From an uncultured Planctomycetales bacterium (GTDB lineage Bacteria > Planctomycetota > Phycisphaerae > UBA1845 > Fen-1342): a stretch of 33,490 nt of DNA. Made by a program: the position numbers and the translations under genes. Within the stretch, counting starts at the first letter, position 1. Each line of letters starts with the position of its first letter. The stretch covers positions 1 to 33,490 of the forward strand of contig CAZVRR010000002.1 of assembly GCA_964629745.1 (NCBI GenBank). The letters run 5' to 3'. Shown piece after piece: positions 19,901 to 28,255 of this stretch. The notes below the pieces were generated by a model. It made no database searches. It was not told the origin of the DNA and saw only the letters and a program-made list of their open reading frames with translations.

Positions 19901-20043
19901 TCCGGGTGCCCGCCGCAGCCGGCGAGGACGAAGTGCTGGCGCTGGCCCGCGCGGACACGGCGGTCGCGCGGCTGCTGGAAGGACGAACGCTGCGGCGCAC
20001 GATCGCCGTCAAGGGCCGGCTGATCAACCTGATCGTAGGGTAG
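16927..20043 (+). CDS. leuS: Leucine--tRNA ligase
   Basis: Motifs seen: HVGHPLGY (HIGH), KMSKTLRN (KMSKS), editing-domain TTRPDTLFGATYMVLAPEH, and RDWLFSRQRYWGEPFP. The protein is 1038 aa, of the actinobacterial-like type that lacks the Zn-finger cysteines. Confidence 0.95.
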   Translation: MSAIYDFRELEPRWQKCWQERRAFAADNPPAAGSARPKFYILDFFPYPSGAGLHVGHPLGYIASDIIARHMRMRGYNVLHPMGWDAFGLPAEQYAIETGVHPRETTRRNIATYKRQMQLIGLGYDWDRELATCDEDYYRWTQWIFLQIYNSWYDPEWRWTDSAGRQVVGAARPIETLPIPPELRARGPRAVAEFQADHRLAYLAEVPVNWCPALGTVLSNEEVTNEGRSERGNHPVYRRPMRQWMLRITEYAQRLLDDLEELDWPEPIKLMQRNWIGRSEGAYVDFRIDAPGELGQQVIRVFTTRPDTLFGATYMVLAPEHRLVPIITTNTYRDLVNAYVAQARTKSDLDRTADTKTKTGVFTGAFAINPVNRQRVPIWVADYVLMGYGTGSIMSVPAHDDRDYAFAKEFQLPIRDVVYPPLVAAMAQFALHAPPALRQESTWRDALAAFLDRHLAAEAPPAAGALDDLPPVRAGAATELCADRALRQLPRGVERRLGASNLRWVDVFDVLSLHGWTELHDCFARGEFYARVGEAFTDYGWNANSPSGSGEHFTGQADLNGLPTAQAKPAITRWLESCDLGEGTVQYKLRDWLFSRQRYWGEPFPILYAPDGAIEPVPAAELPVRLPEMEDFRPQTSDDPNAEPATPLSRAAHWQNVPRPDGTYRRELNTMPQWAGSCWYYLRFCDAHNEQAFLSRDAERYWLGGTRPDGRPKVGGVDLYMGGAEHAVLHLLYARFWHKVLYDLRELSTPEPFQQLFNQGMITAYAYQDARGVYVHYDLIDFRDDGAYHKETGEKLVESVSKMSKTLRNVVNPDRIVEEYGADTLRLYEMYMGPLEASKPWNTRDIIGVHRFLQRVWRLVVTPADENHPEAGWRLNPRLADAADPDLERLLHKTIAKVEADLRRFALNTAIAQMIVWVNEAQKAPSVGRDQVARFLLVLSPFAPHICEELWMRLGHSEPLAQARWPSFDPALVRDETVEIAVQVNGKVKARIRVPAAAGEDEVLALARADTAVARLLEGRTLRRTIAVKGRLINLIVG

Positions 20044-20067
20044 ACGCCGCGTGCGGACCGCCGCTGC

Positions 20068-21906
20068 TCAGTCGAAGTAGCCGCCGAACGTGACGAGCTC
20101 GACAAAGATGTCGATGTCAAAGACATCGACGTGCCCGTCGCCCTCGATGTCGCTGACACACTCGTACGAACAGCCGGCGTCGCCGTAGAGTTCCGACCAC
20201 TCCGCCTCGCTCACCAGCGCCAGGCTGAACGCATCCACGTCGAATGTGTTGAGCTCTCCGTCGCAGTTCGCATCGCCGAGGAGCTGGCCGGGACACGCCA
20301 CGGGCACGTCAGGCCGGCAGACGCAGTGCAGGTCGTGCGCCACCGCCACGAGGTCGTGTGCCGTGATGCAGCCATCGCGGTTGAGATCCGCGTCCGGCAC
20401 GAACTCGGGGTCGCCGGCGCAACTGCGCAGCGCCTGGGCCACGACGTGCACGTCCAGTTGATCGGTGCGGCCGTCGCGGTTTGCATCGCCCAGGCAGCCG
20501 TTCCCCCAGATCGCGATCTGCACGTAGCTGTCGCCCGGCTCGGACCGGCGCTCCGCCTGGGGCGTGGCGGCGAACCCCGCGGCCACGTCGCACAGCCGGT
20601 TGCCGCCCAGGTCGGCCGCGCCCAGGTTGCGCGGCCGCAGGATCTGGTTGAACGGGTCGTTGCGGAAACCGAGCGTGGACAGCGGCGGCGGATCCACGTG
20701 CGTCCACCCGGCGCCGGAATCGTCGCACAGCGTCAGCTCGATCTGGTTCCCGTCGGTGATTTCGCCCAGCTTCTGCTTCGTGACCAGGTCGGCGTCGCCG
20801 TCGTCGTCGAGATCCACGGGCAGGGCGGTCATGCCGCGATTCGGCGAGAGGCCGGCGTACCCACCGACCTCGGCGAGCAGAGTGAAGTCGGGCGTCCCGC
20901 CGTCGGAATTGGACCAGTACTGCATCGTGGTCCCGCCCAGATCAGTCAGCACCAGGCCCGGCCGCGCGGCATCCTGCGGCTGGACGTCTGCCACGTCCGA
21001 GCAGAGCAGCGCGGGGAATTCGCGCTGCACCGAGAACCAGCCGGTCGTGACATCCAGGTCGTACCACAGCGTCACGACGGGGCCTTCCTCCTGAGGCGGC
21101 TGCATCGTACCGCTGAAGCACAGGTCGTCGCGCCCGTCCCCGTCGAAGTCCGCGACGGCCAGGCCGCGCGCCCACTGCGTGAAGAGCGAGAGATCGCCGC
21201 CTTCCCAGTCCGTGAGGTAGAGGTTGGAAATCGTGTCGACCGTGCGCCAGATGTGAATGATCCGCCCGTCCATCTGCAGCACCGGGTCCGTGATGTACAC
21301 GAGTTCGTCGCGCCCGTCGCCGTCCAGGTCGCCGGCCAGCGACTCCGGCGGCGTGATGAAGTTCCCCGGGGTGTTGTACTGGAAGGGAAACTTCAACTGC
21401 TGATCGAACGTCCAGCCGCCGAGGTTCTCGAAGACCCACATCTCGTCGCCGAAGAAGGCGTGCGCGACCAGGTCCGCGTCCCCGTCCCCGTCGAAATCGC
21501 CGACGCACAGTTCCGAGGTGCCGTTGCGGAAGATGGACATCGCAGCCACGGTCGGGTCGGGCACGTACAGGTCGAATTCGACGACCAGCTCGAAGTTCGG
21601 CCGCAGTCCGCGGTAGATCGCCAGGCGTCGCTGGTCTGCCCAGCGGTCCTGCAGGTCGGTGGCATACCATGCGACGGCGATGTCGGTGACGCCATCGCCG
21701 TCGAAGTCCGCCAGCTCGAGATCCGAGACGGTGGCCGAGTCGTACTCGGGACCGAGCTCGACGAGCGTGATGACGTGCGGCGTTCCCAGGAAGAGTTCGC
21801 CGGCTTCGAGGCCGAAATCCACGGCGCTCTGGCTGCCATGGCTGCGGGGGGCGTGCGGGCCGAGGACGATCGCGAAGGCGACGACCGTGATCAATTGGAT
21901 TCGCAT
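20068..21906 (-). CDS. Secreted FG-GAP/VCBS-repeat protein with C-terminal dockerin-like repeats
   Basis: ATG 21906 has GGAG upstream and opens the signal MRIQLITVVAFAIVLG. FG-GAP calcium-loop motifs recur (FDGDGVTDIAV, GDFDGDGDADLV, DLDGDGRDELV, ADFDGDGRDDL, DLDDDGDADLV). The C-terminus has three dockerin/EF-hand-like segments (GDANRDGRTDQLD, DLNRDGCITAHD, GDANCDGELNTFD, DIEGDGHVDVFD). Confidence 0.85.
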   Translation of the reverse strand: MRIQLITVVAFAIVLGPHAPRSHGSQSAVDFGLEAGELFLGTPHVITLVELGPEYDSATVSDLELADFDGDGVTDIAVAWYATDLQDRWADQRRLAIYRGLRPNFELVVEFDLYVPDPTVAAMSIFRNGTSELCVGDFDGDGDADLVAHAFFGDEMWVFENLGGWTFDQQLKFPFQYNTPGNFITPPESLAGDLDGDGRDELVYITDPVLQMDGRIIHIWRTVDTISNLYLTDWEGGDLSLFTQWARGLAVADFDGDGRDDLCFSGTMQPPQEEGPVVTLWYDLDVTTGWFSVQREFPALLCSDVADVQPQDAARPGLVLTDLGGTTMQYWSNSDGGTPDFTLLAEVGGYAGLSPNRGMTALPVDLDDDGDADLVTKQKLGEITDGNQIELTLCDDSGAGWTHVDPPPLSTLGFRNDPFNQILRPRNLGAADLGGNRLCDVAAGFAATPQAERRSEPGDSYVQIAIWGNGCLGDANRDGRTDQLDVHVVAQALRSCAGDPEFVPDADLNRDGCITAHDLVAVAHDLHCVCRPDVPVACPGQLLGDANCDGELNTFDVDAFSLALVSEAEWSELYGDAGCSYECVSDIEGDGHVDVFDIDIFVELVTFGGYFD

Positions 21907-22591
21907 GCGTGCTCCTGGACGAGGCTGGTGGGCCTGGGGCAAGCCGCCGGGGGCGGCGCGGGCGGTTAGCAACTCTCCCATCGGATGCTCCCGGTACCGC
22001 GGAACCGGGCCTGGTGGCGCTGGCGCAGGGCCTGCGCCGGGCGGGAGAGTTCTCGCATGTCAAACCCCCGGAAAGTCTGGCGCCTAACAGCCAAGCCCCG
22101 GTGCCGGCGGGCCGCAGCGCGGCGGCGCCGGACCGCTTCGTCCCGCAGCAGCCTCGCGCGGACGGGTGTCCCGTCCGAGGCCTGTCAGCACCGGCGTCAT
22201 GCCGGTCTCGCTGCATGCATCCGGGATGTCGGCGGTTCCTGTCGCCGGGTAACTCTCGTGGCCGGCCGCGCCTTCCTTGCGGGACGGCGCGGTCTTGGGA
22301 AGTCTAACAGACGACATGCCGCGTCGTCCAGCAGCCGACTGCCCGCGGCTTTGGATCAACCCGCGTCCGGGCTGAGCGCGATCGCGGACCGCGACGCGTC
22401 GAGGTGCGATCGCGAACGGAACGACGATAACCCCCGACCGCAGTCCAGGAAGGGTGAGGCAACTCGCAGTGCGCGGCATGGATTTCGTTCTCAGGGCGAC
22501 CCGCGCCGCAATGCAGCCGGCGGCACCACGCGGCCCCAGTCCCCCCTATGGCTGGGCCGCCGCGATGCCGCCGGAATCGACTCGTCGCCGC

Positions 22592-23344
22592 TTAGCGCCG
22601 ACGCAGGCTCAACGCACCCAGCACGAGCAGGCACAGCGCCGTCGGCTCCGGGATGATCTCGAAGTTCGAGGAGCCGCTGGCAAAGCCGAACGAGGTCAGC
22701 GTAAACGCGACCTGGGCGCTCATGCTCTCGGCGTACCCGATCGGCAGGTACCCCGACGGATCGGGATAGATGAACGAATCGACCGCGAGCGTGTCCGGCG
22801 GGAGGACCGCGATCTCTTCGATCCGCTCGGCGAACGTCGTCCCGGTCGGCACGACGCCGTTGTACTGGGCGAGATACGCGCCGCCCGTGGGCCCGTCGCC
22901 CGTCAGCACCGTGCCTTCACCGAAGAAATCGAGCACGGTAAACGCGGCGTCGGCCCGCGCCGACGCCTCGGCGATCGGTATGAACGCAAGCAGCCCCGTC
23001 GTGAGCATGAACTGCGTCTCGGGCTGTTCGCCCGCCTGGACCGAAAACGCGAGGTTCACCTGGGGATCGGCGAGGATTGACAGCGACGCCTGGCTGATCG
23101 TGCCGAGGACGACATCCCCATCCGCCAGAACGACCTCTTCCTGGCTGTCGAAGTAGAAGTCGGTTCCCTGCCAATACCCCATGTCCTGGTGAATCTCGTA
23201 GCTCGCTACGTGACGCCCAGAACTTGCCGTAATCGTCATGACGACGTCTGGCATGTCCGCGAGCGACGGCGCGGCAGTCACGATAGCAAGGGCCAACCCC
23301 ATCAAGCCCAAACGTAACGCCCGCGCACCAATCGACGTCCTCAT
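22592..23344 (-). CDS. PEP-CTERM sorting-domain protein
   Basis: The N-terminal signal is MRTSIGARALRLGLMGLALAIVTAAPSLA. The C-terminus IPEPTALCLLVLGALSLRRR has the PEP motif, a TM helix and an Arg cluster. A strong GGAGG lies upstream of the ATG. Confidence 0.85.
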   Translation of the reverse strand: MRTSIGARALRLGLMGLALAIVTAAPSLADMPDVVMTITASSGRHVASYEIHQDMGYWQGTDFYFDSQEEVVLADGDVVLGTISQASLSILADPQVNLAFSVQAGEQPETQFMLTTGLLAFIPIAEASARADAAFTVLDFFGEGTVLTGDGPTGGAYLAQYNGVVPTGTTFAERIEEIAVLPPDTLAVDSFIYPDPSGYLPIGYAESMSAQVAFTLTSFGFASGSSNFEIIPEPTALCLLVLGALSLRRR

Positions 23345-23689
23345 CCCGGTTCCTCCTTCCTCTACCGATTCCCGCGCGCAGCGCGGTGAGAATTACACAC
23401 TGAATCGACTTCTACGGTACGAGTTGCCGGGGGTATTGTCAAGCGAAAACACAGGACCTTCTATCCCAAAATCCGGGCCTCGGGGGCCGTGGAGCGGTTT
23501 CGGTCGGCTGGCCGGCGGCAGCGCTGCCCGCGCCGCGGGCGAGGGACCCGCGACCTTCGGTATCGGAACCGGAAGCCGCGCACCACCGGGGTGCGTGTTT
23601 GGTCGATGTTCGGATGCAACGCGAGACCTGAGATGAAAAGTCTGTTATGTCATCCGACGGGAACTCACGGCTTGGCCGTTCAGGACCGA

Positions 23690-23695
23690 TAGAAT
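23690..23695 (+). promoter_or_regulatory. Orphan -10-like TAGAAT inside the 545-bp spacer, about 200 nt upstream of the prepilin-like gene
   Basis: The sequence reads accgaTAGAATcggtacagaatcc. No ATG follows within 11 nt. It would give a long 5' UTR or a separate small transcript. Confidence 0.3.
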
Positions 23696-23895
23696 CGGTA
23701 CAGAATCCGCGAAAGTATCGCTTGCATGCTGGACGGAATCGGGATATGCTGTCAGTCAGAAATTGTAGGTAACGGCGCTTTTTCGCAGCGGCAGCCTTGT
23801 CAAGGAACTTGGACTGCGCTGGTGCGCACGTATCGGTGGTATGGCGTACCTGAGAATGGAATCTCGCGGCTGCCGCACTTGTTGAGTGTGTGCCA

Positions 23896-24855
23896 ATGAG
23901 CGGGCACGCGAAAAAAGCCTGGCGCGGACACAGCCGACGCGGCTTCAGCCTACCGGAGCTGCTGGTCGTCGTCGGCATCATCGCCCTCCTGATGGCGCTC
24001 ATCATTCCCACGCTTTCCCACGCGAAACGCCAGGCTCAGCAAGCCCGTTGCGCATCCAACCTGCACCAGATCGGAATCGCGCTGCAAAAGGTGGCAAACG
24101 ATTACGACGGCTTCTATCCGCTTTGGGACGACGACAGCGGTCCGTTGCGGTACACCTGGGTTGATGTGCTGCTCCAGACCGGCGCGCTAGGCAACGCTGA
24201 CGTCGGCTACTGCCCCGCGGACCAGCGGCCCGACCAGATCAACGTCGCCCGCGGGGGTTTTCACCAGATCTTTTATCCCGGGAACTCGCCGATCAGCGGC
24301 GCTGATTACAGCTACGGCATCACCGTGCCGCTCTCCGCCGGCGGGTGGCGCTTCGATCTGCGCTATACCCCGCCCGGCGATCCGCGCCGCCGCTTCTTCT
24401 TCAATCACGAAGCATTCGGCGAACGGCGCGTGCTGGCCGCCGACGCGTTCTGGCCCGCCATTTACAACCTGAGCGGCGACTACCTCCAGACCGGCACGTG
24501 GAATTTTCCCACCCAGTTCGACAATACCGTCGCGTACCGGCACCCCGGTCTGAAGGCCAACCTGCTCTTCCAGGACGCGCACGTGGAATCCGTGGCGTAC
24601 CATCCTCCGCCCAAGGACATCGAGCCCGGCGTGGCCTTCGCCCCGCCCATCGATACCTACAAGTATTTCGTGTGGTACCCGGGCGAGTCGCTGAACGTCG
24701 GCCCGGAATCCGAGGACCCCGAGGTTCCCGGTAACTTCTATCCCTGCGTCCCCCCGCTGGACCGCGTGACTGCGGAAAGCGACGTCTTCCCCGTAGACCT
24801 GATCCCGCGGTTCTACACGACCCACAAGTCCTGGTCCCACACCAAGCGCCCCTGA
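23896..24855 (+). CDS. Prepilin-type N-terminal cleavage/methylation domain protein (DUF1559 / H-X9-DG-like family)
   Basis: The class III signal reads RRGFSLPELLVVVGIIALLMALIIP. The C-terminal YRHPGLKANLLFQDAHVESV is a variant of the H-X9-DG motif. The track start is GTG 23890; ATG 23896 is equally possible. Confidence 0.85.
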   Translation: MSGHAKKAWRGHSRRGFSLPELLVVVGIIALLMALIIPTLSHAKRQAQQARCASNLHQIGIALQKVANDYDGFYPLWDDDSGPLRYTWVDVLLQTGALGNADVGYCPADQRPDQINVARGGFHQIFYPGNSPISGADYSYGITVPLSAGGWRFDLRYTPPGDPRRRFFFNHEAFGERRVLAADAFWPAIYNLSGDYLQTGTWNFPTQFDNTVAYRHPGLKANLLFQDAHVESVAYHPPPKDIEPGVAFAPPIDTYKYFVWYPGESLNVGPESEDPEVPGNFYPCVPPLDRVTAESDVFPVDLIPRFYTTHKSWSHTKRP

Positions 24856-24945
24856 GTCCGGGTGCTTCCCCCCGAAGAAACCGTCTCCGAGTTCCGCTGC
24901 GCACGACGCGCAACCGGATGCCGTGCGCCCGTGGCCCGCATCGGC

Positions 24946-24951
24946 TAGAAT
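24946..24951 (+). promoter_or_regulatory. -10-like TAGAAT, 9 nt upstream of the uvrB ATG (candidate near-leaderless promoter)
   Basis: The sequence reads cggcTAGAATcgtgggattATGagc. Confidence 0.4.
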
Positions 24952-24960
24952 CGTGGGATT

Positions 24961-27078
24961 ATGAGCTCCTTCCAGATCGTCAGCGCCTTTCAGCCCGCCG
25001 GCGATCAGCCGCAGGCCATCGACCAGCTCGTGGCCGGGTTTTCGGCCGGGCGCAAGCACCAGACCCTGCTCGGCGTCACCGGGTCGGGCAAGACGTTCAC
25101 GATGGCGCACCTGATCGCGCGGCTGGGCCTGCCGGCGCTGGTCCTCTCGCACAACAAGACGCTGGCCGCCCAGCTCTACGAGGAATTCCGCGAACTGCTG
25201 CCGCATAACGCGGTGGAATACTTCGTCAGCTACTACGACTACTACCAGCCCGAAGCCTACATCCCGCAGCGCGACATCTACATCGAGAAGGACTCGTCGC
25301 GGAACGACGACCTCGACCGGCTGCGCCTGGCCGCCACGAGCGCCGTCGTCAGCCGTCGGGACGTGGTCGTCGTCGCCAGCGTGTCGTGCATTTTCGGCCT
25401 CGGTTCGCCGGACGAATACAAGGCCAGCGTCATCGACGTGCGCGTGGGGCAGGAGTGGGAGCGCGACGCGCTGCTGAAGAAGCTCGTGCGCCTCCAGTAC
25501 GAGCGCAACCACGCCGACCTGCCGCGCGGCGCCTTCCGCGTCCGCGGCGACGTGATCGAGCTGGCCCCCGCCGAGGAAGAATACGCGATCCGCATCGAGC
25601 TGTTCGGCGACACGGTCGAGCGGATCACGCTGATCCATCCGCTGTCCGGCGAGACGCTCCAGGAGCGCGACCAGATTTACATCTATCCTGCGGTGCATTA
25701 CGTGCTGCCGGAGGAGAACCTGGACCGGGCGCTGCAGACGATTCAGGACGAACTCGACTGGCGCGTGATGCAGTTGCGCCACGAGGGCAAGCTGCTCGAA
25801 GCCCAGCGCCTGCTGGCCCGCACGAAGTACGACATGGAGATGCTGGCGGAGGTCGGCTACTGCTCCGGCATCGAGAACTACACGCGGCACCTCAGCGGCA
25901 CGCAGGCGGGCGCGAAGCCCTACACGCTCGTCGATTACTTCCCGCGGGACTTCCTGCTCGTGCTCGACGAATCGCACGTCACCGTGCCGCAGATCGGGGC
26001 GATGTTCAACGGCGACCGCAACCGCAAGCAAGTGCTGGTCGAGCATGGCTTCCGGCTGCCGAGCTGCCTCGACAACCGGCCGATGCGCTTCGAGGAGTTC
26101 GAGCAGATGTGGCACCGGGTCCTGTTCGTGAGCGCCACGCCCGGGCCGTACGAGCTGAAATGCTGCGGGGGCGAGGTGGTCGAGCAGATCATCCGCCCGA
26201 CGGGCCTGGTCGACCCGCGCGTGGAGGTCGCGCCGGCGCGCGGGCAGGTGCCGGACCTGCTCCAGCGCATCCAGCAGCGGGTGGCCGCGGGCGAGCGCGT
26301 GCTGGTGACGACCCTCACGAAGCGCCTGGCCGAGGACCTGGCCGGCTACATTCAGCAGGCCGGGCTGCGCGGCCGCTACCTGCACAGCGAGATCGATACG
26401 CTCGAGCGCATCGAGATCCTGCGCGAGCTGCGGCTGGGCAAGTACGACGTGCTCGTCGGCGTGAACCTGCTGCGGGAAGGCCTGGACCTGCCGGAAGTCT
26501 CGCTGGTCTGCATCATGGACGCCGACAAGGAAGGGTTCCTGCGCAGCGCGACGAGCCTGATCCAGACGATCGGCCGCTGCGCGCGAAACGTGAACGCCAA
26601 CGTCGTGCTGTACGCCGACCGGGTCACGCCCTCCATGCAGCGCGCCCTGGACGAGACCAACCGCCGGCGCGAGATCCAGTTGCAGTACAACGCCGAGCAC
26701 CACATCACGCCCGACACGATCAAGAAGGCCATCCGCCAGAACCTCCTGACGGAGGTGGCGGCGATGCGGCGCGTGCGCGAGGTGGTGCACCAGGAGGAGG
26801 GAGAGCGCGATCGCGATGAACTCGTCCGCGAACTCGAGGCCGAGATGTTGCAGGCCGCTGAAGAACTCGATTTCGAGCGGGCGGCGGCCCTGCGCGATCA
26901 CATCAAGGAGCTGAAAGAGCTGCCCACCGCGACCGTTTCGGCCGCCGCGGCCCGGCCGCTGCGGGAGAAAGCTGCCGGTTCGCGGCGCCCCCGTGCGGCC
27001 GGCGGCCCGGAATCCGAGGCCGAGGCGGCCTGGAAGCCGCGTGGCCAGCATCGTCGACCCAAGCCGCGCGGCAAATGA
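24961..27078 (+). CDS. uvrB: Excinuclease ABC subunit B
   Basis: Motifs seen: N-terminus FQPAGDQPQAI, Walker A GVTGSGKT, DESH box (LDESHVTVPQ) and the UVR domain LDFERAAALRDHIKELK. A basic tail of about 50 aa follows the UVR domain. Confidence 0.95.
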   Translation: MSSFQIVSAFQPAGDQPQAIDQLVAGFSAGRKHQTLLGVTGSGKTFTMAHLIARLGLPALVLSHNKTLAAQLYEEFRELLPHNAVEYFVSYYDYYQPEAYIPQRDIYIEKDSSRNDDLDRLRLAATSAVVSRRDVVVVASVSCIFGLGSPDEYKASVIDVRVGQEWERDALLKKLVRLQYERNHADLPRGAFRVRGDVIELAPAEEEYAIRIELFGDTVERITLIHPLSGETLQERDQIYIYPAVHYVLPEENLDRALQTIQDELDWRVMQLRHEGKLLEAQRLLARTKYDMEMLAEVGYCSGIENYTRHLSGTQAGAKPYTLVDYFPRDFLLVLDESHVTVPQIGAMFNGDRNRKQVLVEHGFRLPSCLDNRPMRFEEFEQMWHRVLFVSATPGPYELKCCGGEVVEQIIRPTGLVDPRVEVAPARGQVPDLLQRIQQRVAAGERVLVTTLTKRLAEDLAGYIQQAGLRGRYLHSEIDTLERIEILRELRLGKYDVLVGVNLLREGLDLPEVSLVCIMDADKEGFLRSATSLIQTIGRCARNVNANVVLYADRVTPSMQRALDETNRRREIQLQYNAEHHITPDTIKKAIRQNLLTEVAAMRRVREVVHQEEGERDRDELVRELEAEMLQAAEELDFERAAALRDHIKELKELPTATVSAAAARPLREKAAGSRRPRAAGGPESEAEAAWKPRGQHRRPKPRGK

Positions 27079-27087
27079 GCGGGGATT

Positions 27088-27105
27088 GCGGCGCCCGGGC
27101 GCCGC
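27088..27105 (+). terminator. GC-rich palindromic hairpin just after the uvrB stop
   Basis: The sequence gcggcgc-ccgg-gcgccgc forms a 7-bp stem, 10 nt after TGA 27076-27078. No U-tract follows, so function as an intrinsic terminator is uncertain. Confidence 0.3.
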
Positions 27106-27211
27106 GGTATCCTGCACGGTTCGTCGTCCCGTGCGCGGGCATTCGGGCCGTCGCGACGCGGGTCGGGGCCATGCAGGCCCCGGTTTTCACACCTTGAGTC
27201 GGAGAAAGTGA

Positions 27212-28057
27212 ATGAACGTTCGAAAGGGTCTGATCTGCCTGTTCGCGATGCTTGCCGGCGGGCTCAGCGGCCGGGCGGAGACCGTAGATGAGGTCGCCAA
27301 GGACATCACGGCGAAGATGAAAGCGTTGAAGTCGGTCACCGCCAAGGTTCGCACCGAGACGGACATGGAGGGGCCGGGCTTCAAGACGAGCACCCGCAGT
27401 GACGGTCAGCTCGAAATGCTGCGCCGGGGCGACAAGCTGCTGACCCGCATGGAGTCGCGCGACTCCGCGACCACGGACGTCAACGGCCAGGTCGACAAGC
27501 GCACGGGCACGACGCTGTCCATCATGGACGGCGAGTACGTGTACGCCCTGAACGACATCAACGGCGAAAAGACCGCGACGCGCATGAAGGTGGCGACGCC
27601 CGTCGACGGCGACCCGTTCGAGTCGCTCAAGCCGATCTACACGCTCGAAGTGCTGCCCGAAGAGAAGATCGACGGCGCCGCATGCCATGTCATCAAGCTG
27701 ACGCCGAAGGCGGGGGCGGGCCCCGGCGGCACGATGCTCCAGTACTACCGCAAGGACTGCGGCATGGTCGTCAAGACAGTGAGCAACGATGCGAGCGGCA
27801 AGCCGCTCCTCACCATGACGTACAGCGACGTGAAGCTCGGTGCCGACATCAGTCCCGATCGTTTCGTATTCCAGGCCCCGCCGGGCGTGACCGTCGTGGA
27901 CATGACGCAGGACCTGCAGCAGGCCCCCGTCGCCAAGGAACCGGTCCAGCCGGAAGAACAACAGCCGGCCGAAGAGGGCTCGGACGACGAACCTGCGCCG
28001 GCCAAGCCCAAGGGTGAAAAGAAGAAGGGCGGGATCAAGATCCCCGGTCTCCCCTGA
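27212..28057 (+). CDS. Secreted LolA-like (outer-membrane lipoprotein carrier fold) protein with Lys/Glu/Pro-rich tail; assignment tentative
   Basis: GGAGAAAG lies upstream of the ATG. The signal is MNVRKGLICLFAMLAGGLSGRAE. The beta-rich body resembles LolA/outer-membrane lipoprotein-sorting-like proteins. The C-terminus is low-complexity (PEEQQPAEEGSDDEPAPAKPKGEKKKGG). Confidence 0.7.
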   Translation: MNVRKGLICLFAMLAGGLSGRAETVDEVAKDITAKMKALKSVTAKVRTETDMEGPGFKTSTRSDGQLEMLRRGDKLLTRMESRDSATTDVNGQVDKRTGTTLSIMDGEYVYALNDINGEKTATRMKVATPVDGDPFESLKPIYTLEVLPEEKIDGAACHVIKLTPKAGAGPGGTMLQYYRKDCGMVVKTVSNDASGKPLLTMTYSDVKLGADISPDRFVFQAPPGVTVVDMTQDLQQAPVAKEPVQPEEQQPAEEGSDDEPAPAKPKGEKKKGGIKIPGLP

Positions 28058-28090
28058 CGCGAACGGCACACCGCGCCGGCCGCCGGGTGC

Positions 28091-28123
28091 GTCGGCGCGA
28101 CCAGGGTCGAAGGTCGCGCCGAC
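28091..28123 (+). terminator. Perfect 12-bp stem-loop downstream of the LolA-like gene
   Basis: The stem gtcggcgcgacc / ggtcgcgccgac encloses the 9-nt loop agggtcgaa, 33 nt after stop 28057. No U-tract follows. Confidence 0.4.
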
Positions 28124-28255
28124 ACGCTCTCGTTCACCCGGATTCAGCGCAAATCCCGCCATCACAAGAGCGCGTTGTGATGCACCGTGCACCGACCGCG
28201 GAAACCGTCCCGGGCGACTTCAAGCCCGTGCCGCGTCCCGGTCGATGAACAGGAA

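Noticed and set aside
22379-22416. Two copies of the palindrome GCGATCGC (HIP1-like) within 35 nt. Further copies lie near 1449 and 26806.
   Set aside because: With this base composition, roughly one to two copies are expected by chance in the window. Four copies scattered inside and outside genes is not a convincing enrichment from one window.
22066-22470. An RNase P RNA-like word, GGAAAGTCTGG (22070-22080), and an AAGGGTGAGG word (about 22450) in the long spacer. A GTCCAGGAAGG word also loosely recalls the SRP RNA.
   Set aside because: The most conserved RNase P blocks (GGUGCGGUAAGAGCGCACC, the GGUAACGCC hairpin, ACAGAAnCCGGCUUA) are absent. I could not build a P4 pairing with any downstream strand. 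The SRP-like word lacks the GNRA tetraloop context. I treat these as chance matches; an Infernal scan would settle it.
26920-27078. A basic Ala/Arg/Pro-rich tail of about 50 aa after the UVR domain of UvrB.
   Set aside because: Low-complexity C-terminal extensions are common in high-GC lineages. The frame is continuous, and nothing indicates a fused domain or a frameshift.
24187-27117. A 976-aa minus-strand ORF.
   Set aside because: It is antisense to uvrB, which has an unambiguous signature, and shows the same GC-bias artefact and a low-complexity translation.
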